Assembly (NCBI GenBank): GCA_001784175.1
Contig: MFPR01000035.1
Span: 1 to 42,231 of the forward strand
DNA: 42,231 nt
Source: Candidatus Lindowbacteria bacterium RIFCSPLOWO2_12_FULL_62_27
GTDB taxonomy: Bacteria; Lindowbacteria; 2-12-FULL-62-27
Reading direction: 5' to 3'
Shown here: piece by piece, positions 1-9,132 of the stretch
How the letters are laid out: the number at the start of each line of letters is the position of its first letter
Numbering within the stretch: position 1 is the first letter of the stretch
Made by a program: the position numbers and the translations under genes
Notes under the pieces: generated by a model
Databases searched by the model: none
What the model saw: only the letters and a program-made list of their open reading frames with translations
What the model was told of the DNA's origin: nothing

Positions 1-96
1 AATATGCTCAATCCTTTTATCTGATTGTAAATTTCGATGCCCCACGTGACGAATCCGCGTGAAGCATCCGAATTTTCTCGACCAAACGTCAGACTC

Positions 97-167
97 GGGA
101 AATATAGAATTTTATCTGCCCTGTCTGAAAAAAAATTTCTTTTTTGTAAAAACCTTTCCGGGCGCGC
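97..167. repeat. AT-rich direct repeat A, copy 1 (copy 2 at 541-608)
   Basis: gggaaatatagaattttatctgccctgtctgaaaaaaaatttcttttttgtaaaaacctttccgggcgcgc aligns with gggtaaatatgaattttatctcctatgtcagaaaaaaatttctttttgtaaaaatcttcgggccgcgc. Confidence 0.85.
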
Positions 168-290
168 TTCAGAATCGGCAAACACGGGTGGCGGCCCGTC
201 CGAGATTTCAGAATCGGGAATAATGGTTTTATATCGGGGTATCCTCAGGTTTTTAATCATATCTTTCTATCGAACCTCCGGTCATGTCAG

Positions 291-365
291 CTAACGACCA
301 TGGGTTCCCGCACCCGCGACCCCCGATGACAAGTCGCGGGTGAGGGCGGCGAATGCCGCCCGCCG
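291..365. repeat. GC-rich structured direct repeat B, copy 1 (copy 2 at 764-838)
   Basis: Gapless 75-bp alignment with 67 identities. Internal hairpins cacccgcgac/gtcgcgggtg and gggcggc-gaat-gccgccc, closed by tgggttcccg/cgggaaccca. Confidence 0.9.
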
Positions 366-540
366 GGAACCCAAAGTTAGACGACGTCCGATCCCCCCGC
401 TCCATTTCTGATTTTATCTGAAGTTTAATAGCCATGTTTTTACCTGCCAGTCCTATGATTTTAAATATATGTTTCTCTCAATCCTATAGACTCCAGATCA
501 ACCGCTCACGTTTCATCGAAACGGCAGGAGATGACGATCA

Positions 541-608
541 GGGTAAATATGAATTTTATCTCCTATGTCAGAAAAAAATTTCTTTTTGTAAAAATCTTCG
601 GGCCGCGC
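541..608. repeat. AT-rich direct repeat A, copy 2
   Basis: Diverged copy of 97-167. Confidence 0.85.
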
Positions 609-708
609 GTCGAAAGCTCCTGTGAACTCGGCAGCCGCTCCGAAACCATCATCTCGCCACCCCCTGGTCGGAAAATCTGAATTTTACTCAAAAAATCTAT
701 TTTTATTT

Positions 709-2406
709 TCATAAACTCAAAAACTCAAAATCTCCAGGGGGGTGCGGGGGGATCGGATGTCGTCTAACGACCAGCCGTTCCCGCACCCGCGCCCCCAGAT
801 GATCAGGCGCGGGTGAGGGCGGCGAATGCCGCCCGCCGTTTAGACACACCTTGCGCTTGCCTACATCGTCGCGTGTGATCCACGTGCTCAAATCCATGAG
901 TGATTGATATTTGCTGTTGACTATGACGGGCTGCGTCCCACCCTCGTTTGGAGGAGCATCTTTTGCTCCTATAACTAGAAAATCAATGAGACGTTGAAAC
1001 AATTCAGATAACGCTTTGGCATCGCTCGGGTCGGCGTTTTGTACGAGCTCAGCAAGACGCGCCGCGACCACCGATGCATCGATCTCATTTTGCTGATGAT
1101 TTTCCAGTAACTTGATATCGCGTTCAATACCTTTCAACCGCTCTTCGATATTCTTTATCCTCTGTCTAATCTCCTCCCGGGAGAGATCCGAGAGTGGTGT
1201 CAAAGGCAGTTTATCCGTCGTCACGGGTACGAGTTCATCGTGTGCAGCCTTAAGAAGCTTCTTAACGCCATCTCGCTCCGCTTTCGCACCTTCCAGTCTC
1301 TCCGCATTGATGCTTGCGGCTAGGTTGCGACGGACTTCGGCAAGCAGTGATAGGAAACGCTCTGGTACTGAAAAGACTCTCAAGAACCCCAGCAACAATT
1401 CGAGAATGGGTCGCGCAGGGAGGGTATTGTTGCATTCCCTCCGCCGATCTGGATCACGGTGTCTAAATGTCCCGTGCTTGCTTTTGTTTCTATGCAGTTG
1501 CAGTGCATTACCACACTCGCCGCACCGAACCTTGATCCCCCTCAGAGGAGATGGCGGGCGAGTGCGTGGCTGGCGCGCGCCAGAGCGGTCTGCGCCACGC
1601 TGGCGGCGCACACGACATGCTTCTGCGGTTTCTTCATCGATAAGGGCAGTGTGGGCATTACGGCAGATAATCATTATCTCCTTCTTGCGGTATCCAGTGG
1701 CGATGTGGCCGCAGGAGGTTGCGAGCGCTGTCTCAGTCGTCCAGTCCTTCATGCGATGCTGCTTAATATGAATCCCACGATCATGGAAGTTTCCCGCAAT
1801 GCTACTGATCAACTCGCTGTGGGCGTATCTATAATAGAACTCTGCTTTTATCGGCGCTGTGACTGGGTTTGGCTCAAGGTGTTTCGTTTCCTTGCTCTTG
1901 TTGAAACCGTAAGGTGCAGCGCCGTTCGTCCACTTCCCCATGTCCCTTTCGCTACGCTTACCCCGTTGAATGTCTTCACCCCGTTCGTCGTTCTCTATTT
2001 CCGCCTCTGAGAATTTCTCCTTCAGCAGTTTTCGGTCATCAATTGTGTTAAGAAATATCTTGCGTGGTGTGGCGATAAATGCAATTTTTTCTTTCTTGAG
2101 AAGGTAAACGATTGTTTCGCCTTCCAGCCCATTGCGCGCCAATCGATTTGGTTTCCACGTCCACAGCCCGACGGGGCTTTTGCTGAGTTTTATTTCCTCG
2201 ACCATCGCATTGAATTCGTCCCGCTCATAGGGCTCTTTCGCGCGTTTTTCGTCCCTGAAAAACTTGTCGATTTTTTTGCTGTGCCGCTCCGACAAATCAC
2301 ACAACTCTTTTTCCTGCGCTGGAATACTGCTGACTTGTCTGTCTTCTTGCGTTTTCGATTTTCGGAGGTATCCGAGGTTTAGTTCCACATAGGGCAAATC
2401 TTGCAT
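709..2406 (-). CDS. Large serine recombinase (resolvase catalytic domain, recombinase domain, Zn ribbon, coiled coil)
   Basis: GYLRKS..RQVSSIPAQ catalytic Ser motif, WKPNRLARN, GAAPYGF, AHTALIDEE, CGECG Zn ribbon, coiled coil. The ATG at 2406 overlaps the upstream stop (TGATG); the ORF track extends to 2511. Confidence 0.9.
   Translation of the reverse strand: MQDLPYVELNLGYLRKSKTQEDRQVSSIPAQEKELCDLSERHSKKIDKFFRDEKRAKEPYERDEFNAMVEEIKLSKSPVGLWTWKPNRLARNGLEGETIVYLLKKEKIAFIATPRKIFLNTIDDRKLLKEKFSEAEIENDERGEDIQRGKRSERDMGKWTNGAAPYGFNKSKETKHLEPNPVTAPIKAEFYYRYAHSELISSIAGNFHDRGIHIKQHRMKDWTTETALATSCGHIATGYRKKEIMIICRNAHTALIDEETAEACRVRRQRGADRSGARQPRTRPPSPLRGIKVRCGECGNALQLHRNKSKHGTFRHRDPDRRRECNNTLPARPILELLLGFLRVFSVPERFLSLLAEVRRNLAASINAERLEGAKAERDGVKKLLKAAHDELVPVTTDKLPLTPLSDLSREEIRQRIKNIEERLKGIERDIKLLENHQQNEIDASVVAARLAELVQNADPSDAKALSELFQRLIDFLVIGAKDAPPNEGGTQPVIVNSKYQSLMDLSTWITRDDVGKRKVCLNGGRHSPPSPAPDHLGARVRERLVVRRHPIPPHPPGDFEFLSL
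764..838. repeat. GC-rich structured direct repeat B, copy 2, inside the 3' end of the recombinase ORF
   Basis: 67/75 identical to 291-365. The flank at 744-768 is the reverse complement (24/25) of 376-400. Confidence 0.9.
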
Positions 2407-2657
2407 CAGCGCCGCCCCCGTTCCGAAGGAAATAGCACGTCGGCAATCAGCGCCGCCGGAACTTCCGGCGACGACGGTGCCGCCGGCTTCGCATTTTTGA
2501 ATGCGGGGCACGAGCGGAGCAGATGGTAGTGGTCAGCTACGCTAATTTCGCGCCGCAGCTCGGCGCGCTCCGCTGGCGTCAGGTAGTCCATGAATCGTTG
2601 TGCGCTCACTTGGGACTCGTGATATTTCTTATCCCATTTCTCCCAATTAATGACCAC
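2406..2657 (-). CDS. Small hypothetical protein translationally coupled to the recombinase
   Basis: GGGAGGA RBS before the GTG start; stop overlaps the recombinase ATG. Confidence 0.55.
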   Translation of the reverse strand: MVINWEKWDKKYHESQVSAQRFMDYLTPAERAELRREISVADHYHLLRSCPAFKNAKPAAPSSPEVPAALIADVLFPSERGRR

Positions 2658-3339
2658 TGCATCCTCCCTCGCCCAACGGCGTTTGAATTCTTCCGCCGAG
2701 CCTCATCACAATATTGCGGATCGAAATGCGCGTGCGCAAGTTTTGCAGCGAATTGATGCGTAATATATACGACCATATCCGGTAACATAATGAGCAGAAA
2801 AAACAGAATGCAATACTCTGCAATACTCTGCAACAAGAGGCATATTTTGCCACATCGGACCCCCAAAAATTCATGCCAATATTCTAACAATGTAGGGATT
2901 ACGCGAGTATCAGGGCTCTTTCATCATCTCGAACTGGCATGGTAGCCCAACATTACACTACAAGATAGATGGTCCATGAATGCCAATCCTAACCAGACAC
3001 CATATAACCTCCGCATTTTAGATGCCGGTAGCCTCCGACGGGAACGCCCAAATAGGATTGCCATGGAGGACCCGACCTATGCCGCCAGTTTGGAAGAAAC
3101 GGGATACGCCCTCCAAGTGAACATTCTCGCTGAACCGGCCCGTCTATTCTATAGGAGAGAGGCACGGATTTTACCAATAACCGCAAAGCCGCCCGGTCCC
3201 GACATCGGCTGGCCGTCTGCGGCGTCTTGTTTTGCCCATATGTCTCTGTTTTTTTCCTCTCTTTGCGCACAGCTTGCCCCTTTGGTTATGTTGCCGGGAG
3301 TGTCATTCGACCTCAAATTCTAGATTTTATGTTGGCAAA

Positions 3340-5493
3340 TCAGCATAATACGCGTCCCGGTAGCCGATCCTGCTCGTAGTGCCTGACCAACTCCATTTTC
3401 AGCGGCCCCACGACATTGGAGCCGTCGCTACCTTTGCAGATCGCGCTGAATGCCGCGAGACTCATGAAGTCCGACGGTTTGAAGCTGGAATCCTCTGACA
3501 ACTTGCATGTCCTGGATGCTTCGGCCGCCGAATACGGGCACTCCAATCTGGTCCAGATTTTGTTCTGAAGGCACGACAAAATGTTGAAGACGACGTCGGG
3601 CCGAAGTTTCTGCAATAAAGAAGTGTAGTCCTGAAACGCCACGATATTGATGCACTTCGACTCCCGGGCTCTGTCATAAAACGTGTTATCCGATTTCATG
3701 CTACCCATCCCTCCGCCCGACACAAAACTTTGATACTCATCACAGACGAAGAACGTCGGCCGGCGGCGATTGAGAACGCCTTGAACGCCGGCACAGGCAT
3801 TCTGGCGCTTGAGCCACTCCTCACAGGTGGCTTGGATACGATTCCAACACTCATCCCGCTCCTGATACCCAGCACCTGAGAGAATGCCATTCGCGTCTTG
3901 CTCAGACAATTTTGTGAAGCGCTCCAGAACTACGAGTTTTGCATCGTTTACAATTATTTCCAGCACGGCCTTCCGCCGAACACTTTTTTGGCTCTCGAAC
4001 GATTTTCGTATCTTCATGGCATTGTCGATCAGCGCCATCTTTTCAGTGATTTCATTTTGGCTCAGGCGCGGCGCCCCCGCCCGTGTGGCATTCAACGCCC
4101 TATACTGGCCTTCGAGATTCTTTGTATCCGTCTGTGCCAGCGTCAGCTCTTGATAGAGTCGAAGGATTCGGCCTTCGTTTTCTGTGGATACCCGGCGCAA
4201 CACTGTGTCAAAATACGCCAGCTTCAGGAGGGTCGCAACCGAAGCGGATGGATTCCCGAATTCGGATGGAGGCATCATCAGATATACAATTTGCCCCTTG
4301 TTGATGGCGTCCTCAAAGCCGGCGAACGAAACATCCTTCTGCGCAGGGCAGAAAGTTTTTCGAAACTCTTTCATAGACACGAAGAGGTTGGCGAATTGTG
4401 TCATCTCCCCAACAATGTTCCCTTTCATTTTTTGCTCCATCCCGACCCACTGGGTGTACCAGAGATCCACGCCCTCCGCGTCCTCGTCGGAAACCGTTCC
4501 GGCCTCCAACTTTTTATCCAGATCCGTCATCTCCGCCGCCAAGGCTTCAGCATCCGTTGCGAATTTGAAAATATCTACCATCGTGAAATAACCCCTCGTC
4601 AGCCGACATAGTTCAACCATCCCGCGGACGGCATCCTCCGCGCTCTTGATCCAGAAAGCATCCCTGGGATCCATCCCACCGGAAAGACTGACCGTTGCCT
4701 CTGTAATGCGGGAGGCAATAAAGTCCGCTTTTCCGTTCTCGTAGAGAGGATTGTAGGTGTACTGACCGCCGGGCCGTAGAATGACCAAATCATTCTCCCG
4801 TCCGTATCGCTTACAGTAAATCTGAACCTGTTTGATGAAGTTTCCCTTGACCTCCAGAATCAGCCCACCGGGACGACTCGGATGACCGATGAGCTGATGC
4901 ATGAGCGGGAACATCACCCCCGCAGTCTTTCCGGTCCCGGGACTCCCAATTGTACAGAACCCTTGATAGCACCCGGGTTCAGGGATGGACACCCAGTCGC
5001 CGTTTTTATCGAGTCCGACCTCCAATCGCAACGGCGCCGAATAGTCTTCTGCCGGCGGATCCTCCTCGTCGTCGGGATCGTCGTCCACCTTCTGCGGCTC
5101 AACCGGCTCCGCCTCAACTGCCAAAATGTCGGTGGTGTCTTGTCCCGCTGATTTTGCCCCGCTCTGGAGTTTCATGTCTGTTCCTGAACCCGCCACGGCG
5201 TTGGTGGCCTGTACCCTGTCCGAACTATTTGAACCTGGAGACTCGGTACGCTTATTGTTCTTCATGAGCCCTGTTTCGGTTCGAGGACGACCGCCCGCGC
5301 TCTCGAAAAAATAATCGCCGATGGATTTGCACTTCTTGACGTCCTCCGGTTCGGGTGGTTCCACCTCGCGTGGCCGCACGATCATGATCTCGCGCCTGAA
5401 CTCAACGTCATACCCCGGGCCGCAAATTTCAGACAGGATCTTCTGAATCACGTCGTAGTCGATTTCTTTTTTCTTGGAGCGCAACCGTTCCAT
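3340..5493 (-). CDS. VirD4/TraD/TraG-like type IV coupling-protein ATPase, apparently soluble
   Basis: Walker A GSPGTGKT, GGLILEVKG, YNPL, DAFW, Walker B FFVCDEYQSF, ARESKCINIVAFQ. Start chosen at MERLRS with GGGAGG RBS; the ORF track extends to 5613. Confidence 0.85.
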   Translation of the reverse strand: MERLRSKKKEIDYDVIQKILSEICGPGYDVEFRREIMIVRPREVEPPEPEDVKKCKSIGDYFFESAGGRPRTETGLMKNNKRTESPGSNSSDRVQATNAVAGSGTDMKLQSGAKSAGQDTTDILAVEAEPVEPQKVDDDPDDEEDPPAEDYSAPLRLEVGLDKNGDWVSIPEPGCYQGFCTIGSPGTGKTAGVMFPLMHQLIGHPSRPGGLILEVKGNFIKQVQIYCKRYGRENDLVILRPGGQYTYNPLYENGKADFIASRITEATVSLSGGMDPRDAFWIKSAEDAVRGMVELCRLTRGYFTMVDIFKFATDAEALAAEMTDLDKKLEAGTVSDEDAEGVDLWYTQWVGMEQKMKGNIVGEMTQFANLFVSMKEFRKTFCPAQKDVSFAGFEDAINKGQIVYLMMPPSEFGNPSASVATLLKLAYFDTVLRRVSTENEGRILRLYQELTLAQTDTKNLEGQYRALNATRAGAPRLSQNEITEKMALIDNAMKIRKSFESQKSVRRKAVLEIIVNDAKLVVLERFTKLSEQDANGILSGAGYQERDECWNRIQATCEEWLKRQNACAGVQGVLNRRRPTFFVCDEYQSFVSGGGMGSMKSDNTFYDRARESKCINIVAFQDYTSLLQKLRPDVVFNILSCLQNKIWTRLECPYSAAEASRTCKLSEDSSFKPSDFMSLAAFSAICKGSDGSNVVGPLKMELVRHYEQDRLPGRVLC

Positions 5494-5639
5494 GGGTTTC
5501 CTCCCGCCGCGTATTCGATTTCTAATGGGAATACGATCACGGAAGGAGTGGACGTGACGGAATTCGAAATTTAACCGGAACATGGGCAAACCATTTCTAT
5601 ACCGCATTCCCATGGACCCGTGGATACCCCGGAACGATA

Positions 5640-6884
5640 TTACGGCGCTGCTTGGGAAACCTCCTCGGCCACAAGCTCTCTGAATACTCGGACGCGCTCG
5701 CTGTAATGGCGCCGCCGTGCGAACGACTCAGCAGGGCTGTAATGACCATTCAGGTAGTCCTGATAGAGTCGCAGCAGTGCTGGATCGTCGGGACTCTCGT
5801 TGGCCATCCGCGGCGTCGCGAATGAAAACGGCCGCTGTGTCATCGAATAGAATCCAGGCATCCGGTTGAGGACTTCGCTCCTTGTGCGATCGGATAACAC
5901 CTGTTCCAGCGTTTGCCGGAGTACTCGCGGGGCCGCATGCGCCTCCACGGTCTCCTGCACAACGGCCAGACGAGTTTCCATGCTCAGAAGCTGATCTTTC
6001 GCCAGGGAGATGAATTCGTCGATCTTCTCCGTCGGCAAATAACCGATGCTTCCGATCTCTTCCTCGGCGAGGAAATTGTTGACGGCCTCCCTGAAATCCG
6101 GGTTATTCTGAAATTGGGCTGCTGTGGACTTTGTGAATCGTTCCATTCTCTTCCGCAGATTCTCCGCAGAATAGAACAGTCGCATACGGTCAAGGCCGTT
6201 ATCCGTAGCCCCTTCAAAGATCGTGTTCAACCGCCTTGCGATATCCTCGTAGGTCATCCGTCCAAAAAATCTCAAAATCCACAGAAAGGTCACGTCAGCC
6301 GGGGACAAATCAAAAAGCGCGTTCATAGCCGTGCGCAGCGCATCCGATGCGTTGATTTTTCTATTCAGGATGTCGTCAGACCTATCAGACGACAGCGGAA
6401 ATACGATCCGGGCACGTCCGACGTCCTGAGAATCAGACTTGGGGGGCAGACCCGTCGCTGGCTTCTTTGAACTGGACTTGCGTCCGCTCTTGCACCGGAG
6501 CCCGAGTTGCTGGCGGAACGCATCGTGGACGGAGTTCCGCAACACTTTACGAAGGTATGGCACGAAGGGCCGGCGCCGGTCCCATTTCCTCAATGCGTTC
6601 AAAAAGGCGCGGTTGATATCCGAACCGCTGTCATGAAGTTCGAGAACTAGTTTCCCACCGACGGCACCAGGAGACATGCTTCCATCGACATAACGAAACA
6701 GGCTCATTTCATACAGCACTTTGAGAGCAGAATCATACTCCGATCGAAGCGATTCCGGGTCCGTTCCATTTGATGACGGTGACTGTAGCTTGTCATGGAG
6801 CCGTGAAACCTGAAGCGCCGCTTCGTCGATGTGGCTTCGCGTGACCGACTTGACGTTTCTAATCAACAGGGCATTATTGGACAT
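5640..6884 (-). CDS. Divergent sigma-70/ECF-like sigma factor with long C-terminal extension
   Basis: Region-2-like AFLNALRKWDRRRPFVPYLRKVLRNSVHDAFR; region-4-like LSPADVTFLWILRFFGRMTYEDIARRL; GGAGGAG RBS. Confidence 0.65.
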   Translation of the reverse strand: MSNNALLIRNVKSVTRSHIDEAALQVSRLHDKLQSPSSNGTDPESLRSEYDSALKVLYEMSLFRYVDGSMSPGAVGGKLVLELHDSGSDINRAFLNALRKWDRRRPFVPYLRKVLRNSVHDAFRQQLGLRCKSGRKSSSKKPATGLPPKSDSQDVGRARIVFPLSSDRSDDILNRKINASDALRTAMNALFDLSPADVTFLWILRFFGRMTYEDIARRLNTIFEGATDNGLDRMRLFYSAENLRKRMERFTKSTAAQFQNNPDFREAVNNFLAEEEIGSIGYLPTEKIDEFISLAKDQLLSMETRLAVVQETVEAHAAPRVLRQTLEQVLSDRTRSEVLNRMPGFYSMTQRPFSFATPRMANESPDDPALLRLYQDYLNGHYSPAESFARRRHYSERVRVFRELVAEEVSQAAP

Positions 6885-6903
6885 GATCCAGTCTCCTCCT
6901 CAA

Positions 6904-7701
6904 CTATTTTGAGCCATGGTTTTTGGACAAGTCGGGAGGCTTGTCCATGACACGCCGAAACGATTCCTCGGACATATCGAGAAGAAAACCCCACTTCCTG
7001 ATCAGCGATGGCGTATTCTTCTCGGCCATTACCTTTTCAGCACGATTTTCGGTTGGAAGATAATGCTTTGGTTGAGTCCGACGTCGATCCCGGAACTCCT
7101 TGGCCCTCGCCCTGAGATTCGGTTGGCCGAAGAGTTTTCCGGCCACATCCAGCAACATTCCCAAACTGTGCCGAACGTCGTGGCGGTTTGCTTCAGAGCG
7201 CAGAAGAGTCCAGTCCAATCTGGCCGATACCTGCGCAAGGAAGCACGGCAGGACACGCAGTACCGTGGCTTCTCTGTGGGACAAGATGACGGCACTTGCA
7301 ATAGTGGCCTCCAGAGGCATCAGCTTGCCTGCCGTCATATTTCCGGCTCGGCGGATAGGGGCGCCATATTCAGCCAATGCAGCCACAACGGCATCCCTGT
7401 CTTTCACCTGCATTCGGGACTCGCGCCGGAATGAACATTTTCTCAGGAGATCGGCCAAGCATCGCATGACAGGCTGATCCCAGGCTGCTTCGTGATGTCC
7501 CGCGGCCGCATGACGGCGGCGATGGACAAACCCCATTCTGACCAGCCGCTCCAACTCACGCGCCACCGGGAAATAGGCCAACCCAACGCGCTTGGCCAGT
7601 GCCCTGGCGCTGCCTGAAAACTTGTGAAGGAGCAATTCGTTGAGGACGACCGCTCTGACCCGACTGCCCAACAGTTCCGCCGCGACGCTCATATTATCCA
7701 T
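6904..7701 (-). CDS. Winged-HTH DNA-binding protein with antitoxin-like C-terminal domain
   Basis: N-terminal LLGSRVRAVVL..SARALAKRVGLAYFPVARELERLVRMGFV wHTH; helical C-terminus (VLRVLP..LDW..LGMLLD..NTPSLIRKWGF). Confidence 0.65.
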   Translation of the reverse strand: MDNMSVAAELLGSRVRAVVLNELLLHKFSGSARALAKRVGLAYFPVARELERLVRMGFVHRRRHAAAGHHEAAWDQPVMRCLADLLRKCSFRRESRMQVKDRDAVVAALAEYGAPIRRAGNMTAGKLMPLEATIASAVILSHREATVLRVLPCFLAQVSARLDWTLLRSEANRHDVRHSLGMLLDVAGKLFGQPNLRARAKEFRDRRRTQPKHYLPTENRAEKVMAEKNTPSLIRKWGFLLDMSEESFRRVMDKPPDLSKNHGSK

Positions 7702-7769
7702 ATTTTAGATAATACTATTTTATGCCGAATTTGTCAACAAGAATAATACATTTCCCTGCCCACCCCTAT

Positions 7770-8318
7770 TTAATGGCCGGCGCCCCTCCAACCGCGTTTG
7801 TCGATTTTGCGGACATCGGGGACGTCCTTGATCGACATCAGATACTTGCAGAGTCGGCGCAGTTCGTCGTCCACCTCCGACCCATCGAACGGCTTCACGT
7901 ATATCGCGTTGCCATAATTCCTCGATACGTTGGCCATCGTGTCCTCAACGATCAGGATCTTCTCCAACGGGTGTCCCGGTTGTTTGACTTTCCTCAAATT
8001 CTTGACGGCGACTTCCTCCATGGTCTCCGGATCCATCTGCATCCTGCAACGGCTCCGGCTCCAGACGAATTTCAGATTCTCCAGCGCCGGAAAAATCCTG
8101 GCCACAATGACATTCACATAATCCTCACTGCCGGCCGACCAGACCGCCATGTCGAAGTGCTCCCCGAGCACCCGGATCATTTCTTCGGCGAACGGCCGCT
8201 GATAGACATGATACGTCTCGAACATAAAATCGGCGGGGCGGTCGAGCTGCGACAGCGATGTATGGATCAACGTCTCGTCGAGGTCGAATATCAGGAGTTT
8301 GTCACACGGCATCGTCAT
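7770..8318 (-). CDS. HAD-superfamily NIF/FCP1-like phosphatase
   Basis: LLIFDLDETLIH (DxDxT), RPF, VWSAGSEDY, KNLRKV, LIVEDT..N.GNAI. Confidence 0.9.
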   Translation of the reverse strand: MTMPCDKLLIFDLDETLIHTSLSQLDRPADFMFETYHVYQRPFAEEMIRVLGEHFDMAVWSAGSEDYVNVIVARIFPALENLKFVWSRSRCRMQMDPETMEEVAVKNLRKVKQPGHPLEKILIVEDTMANVSRNYGNAIYVKPFDGSEVDDELRRLCKYLMSIKDVPDVRKIDKRGWRGAGH

Positions 8319-8428
8319 GGCCTTTTTTGAGAATCCTTCGAATCGATACTCGGCCGCTCATCGTCGAGGAATATTTCTATGGTCTGAATTATCGAGTCCC
8401 TTTCCTGAGCACCTGTTTGGTCACGCAT
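8315..8428 (-). pseudogene. 37-aa ORF, possible remnant of an internally deleted gene (IFLDDER motif)
   Basis: Reads MRDQTGAQERDSIIQTIEIFLDDERPSIDSKDSQKRP*; its TGA overlaps the NIF phosphatase ATG (ATGA). Confidence 0.3.
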
Positions 8429-8444
8429 GGCATTTGCGGCGCTT

Positions 8445-9077
8445 TCAAAGATCCAAGACGATCGGACTGTTGGCGAGATCGTACTCCACGCTCAGAACCG
8501 ATGCGTTCACGAAGATCGTCGACATGCCATCGCGTCTGTGAACTCCGTAGCCCTCATGTATGTGGCCAAACACATGCAACCGCGGTTTGACGCGACGCAC
8601 GGCTTCCAGGAGATCCGCACACCCCGTATTCTCTCCCCGATCAGTCAGATCGCCGATCCCGCGCGGGGGGCCGTGGGTAATGAGTATATCCGTGTCCGCA
8701 GAAATCAAGTTCCACTTTTTCCGGAGTGGCTCTCCCCTGTTTAAGTTGAAGGCCCAGTCATTGAACCACGGTGACCACGGAGTCCCGTAGATCTTCAGCC
8801 CGCCGATGACGGCCGCTTCGTCCTGCAGGTACACGATTCCCCGCACCATCTGCCGGGCCTGATCGTTGTTCAGCTCAAAGAGCCAGTCATGGTTGCCGGC
8901 CACGAGAATCTTGTGCCGATGGGGAAGCTTACGGAACCAAGCCAGAAAATCCTCGACCTGCGATGTCGTTCCGGAACCGGACATGTCTCCGGCATGGATA
9001 ATCATGTCGCCGTCCGGAATTTTGACGTTCCAGTGTTGGTTGTGGGTGTCTGCGATCAGAACTATTTTCATGCTCAT
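8445..9077 (-). CDS. Calcineurin-like metallophosphoesterase (MPPED/239FB-like)
   Basis: ADTH, HAGD, AGNHD, ITHGPP, GHIHEGYG, NAS motifs. Confidence 0.92.
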   Translation of the reverse strand: MSMKIVLIADTHNQHWNVKIPDGDMIIHAGDMSGSGTTSQVEDFLAWFRKLPHRHKILVAGNHDWLFELNNDQARQMVRGIVYLQDEAAVIGGLKIYGTPWSPWFNDWAFNLNRGEPLRKKWNLISADTDILITHGPPRGIGDLTDRGENTGCADLLEAVRRVKPRLHVFGHIHEGYGVHRRDGMSTIFVNASVLSVEYDLANSPIVLDL

Positions 9078-9132
9078 GATATTCCAATACGTGGAGGCGG
9101 CGTGGAGTGTGACAGGTTCCGGCTATTTTGGA

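Noticed and set aside
37-625. Short ORFs 37-294, 253-435 and 434-625
   Set aside because: They are translations of the repeats, with no RBS or recognisable protein features.
291-845. CRISPR array, tRNA or hammerhead/HDV ribozyme reading of repeat B
   Set aside because: Only two copies 473 bp apart, no cas genes, no cloverleaf. The gatga and ggcgaatg motifs lack the full ribozyme cores.
2976-3323. 115-aa plus-strand ORF
   Set aside because: No motif, no clear RBS, and a competing minus-strand ORF; coding status is unsupported.
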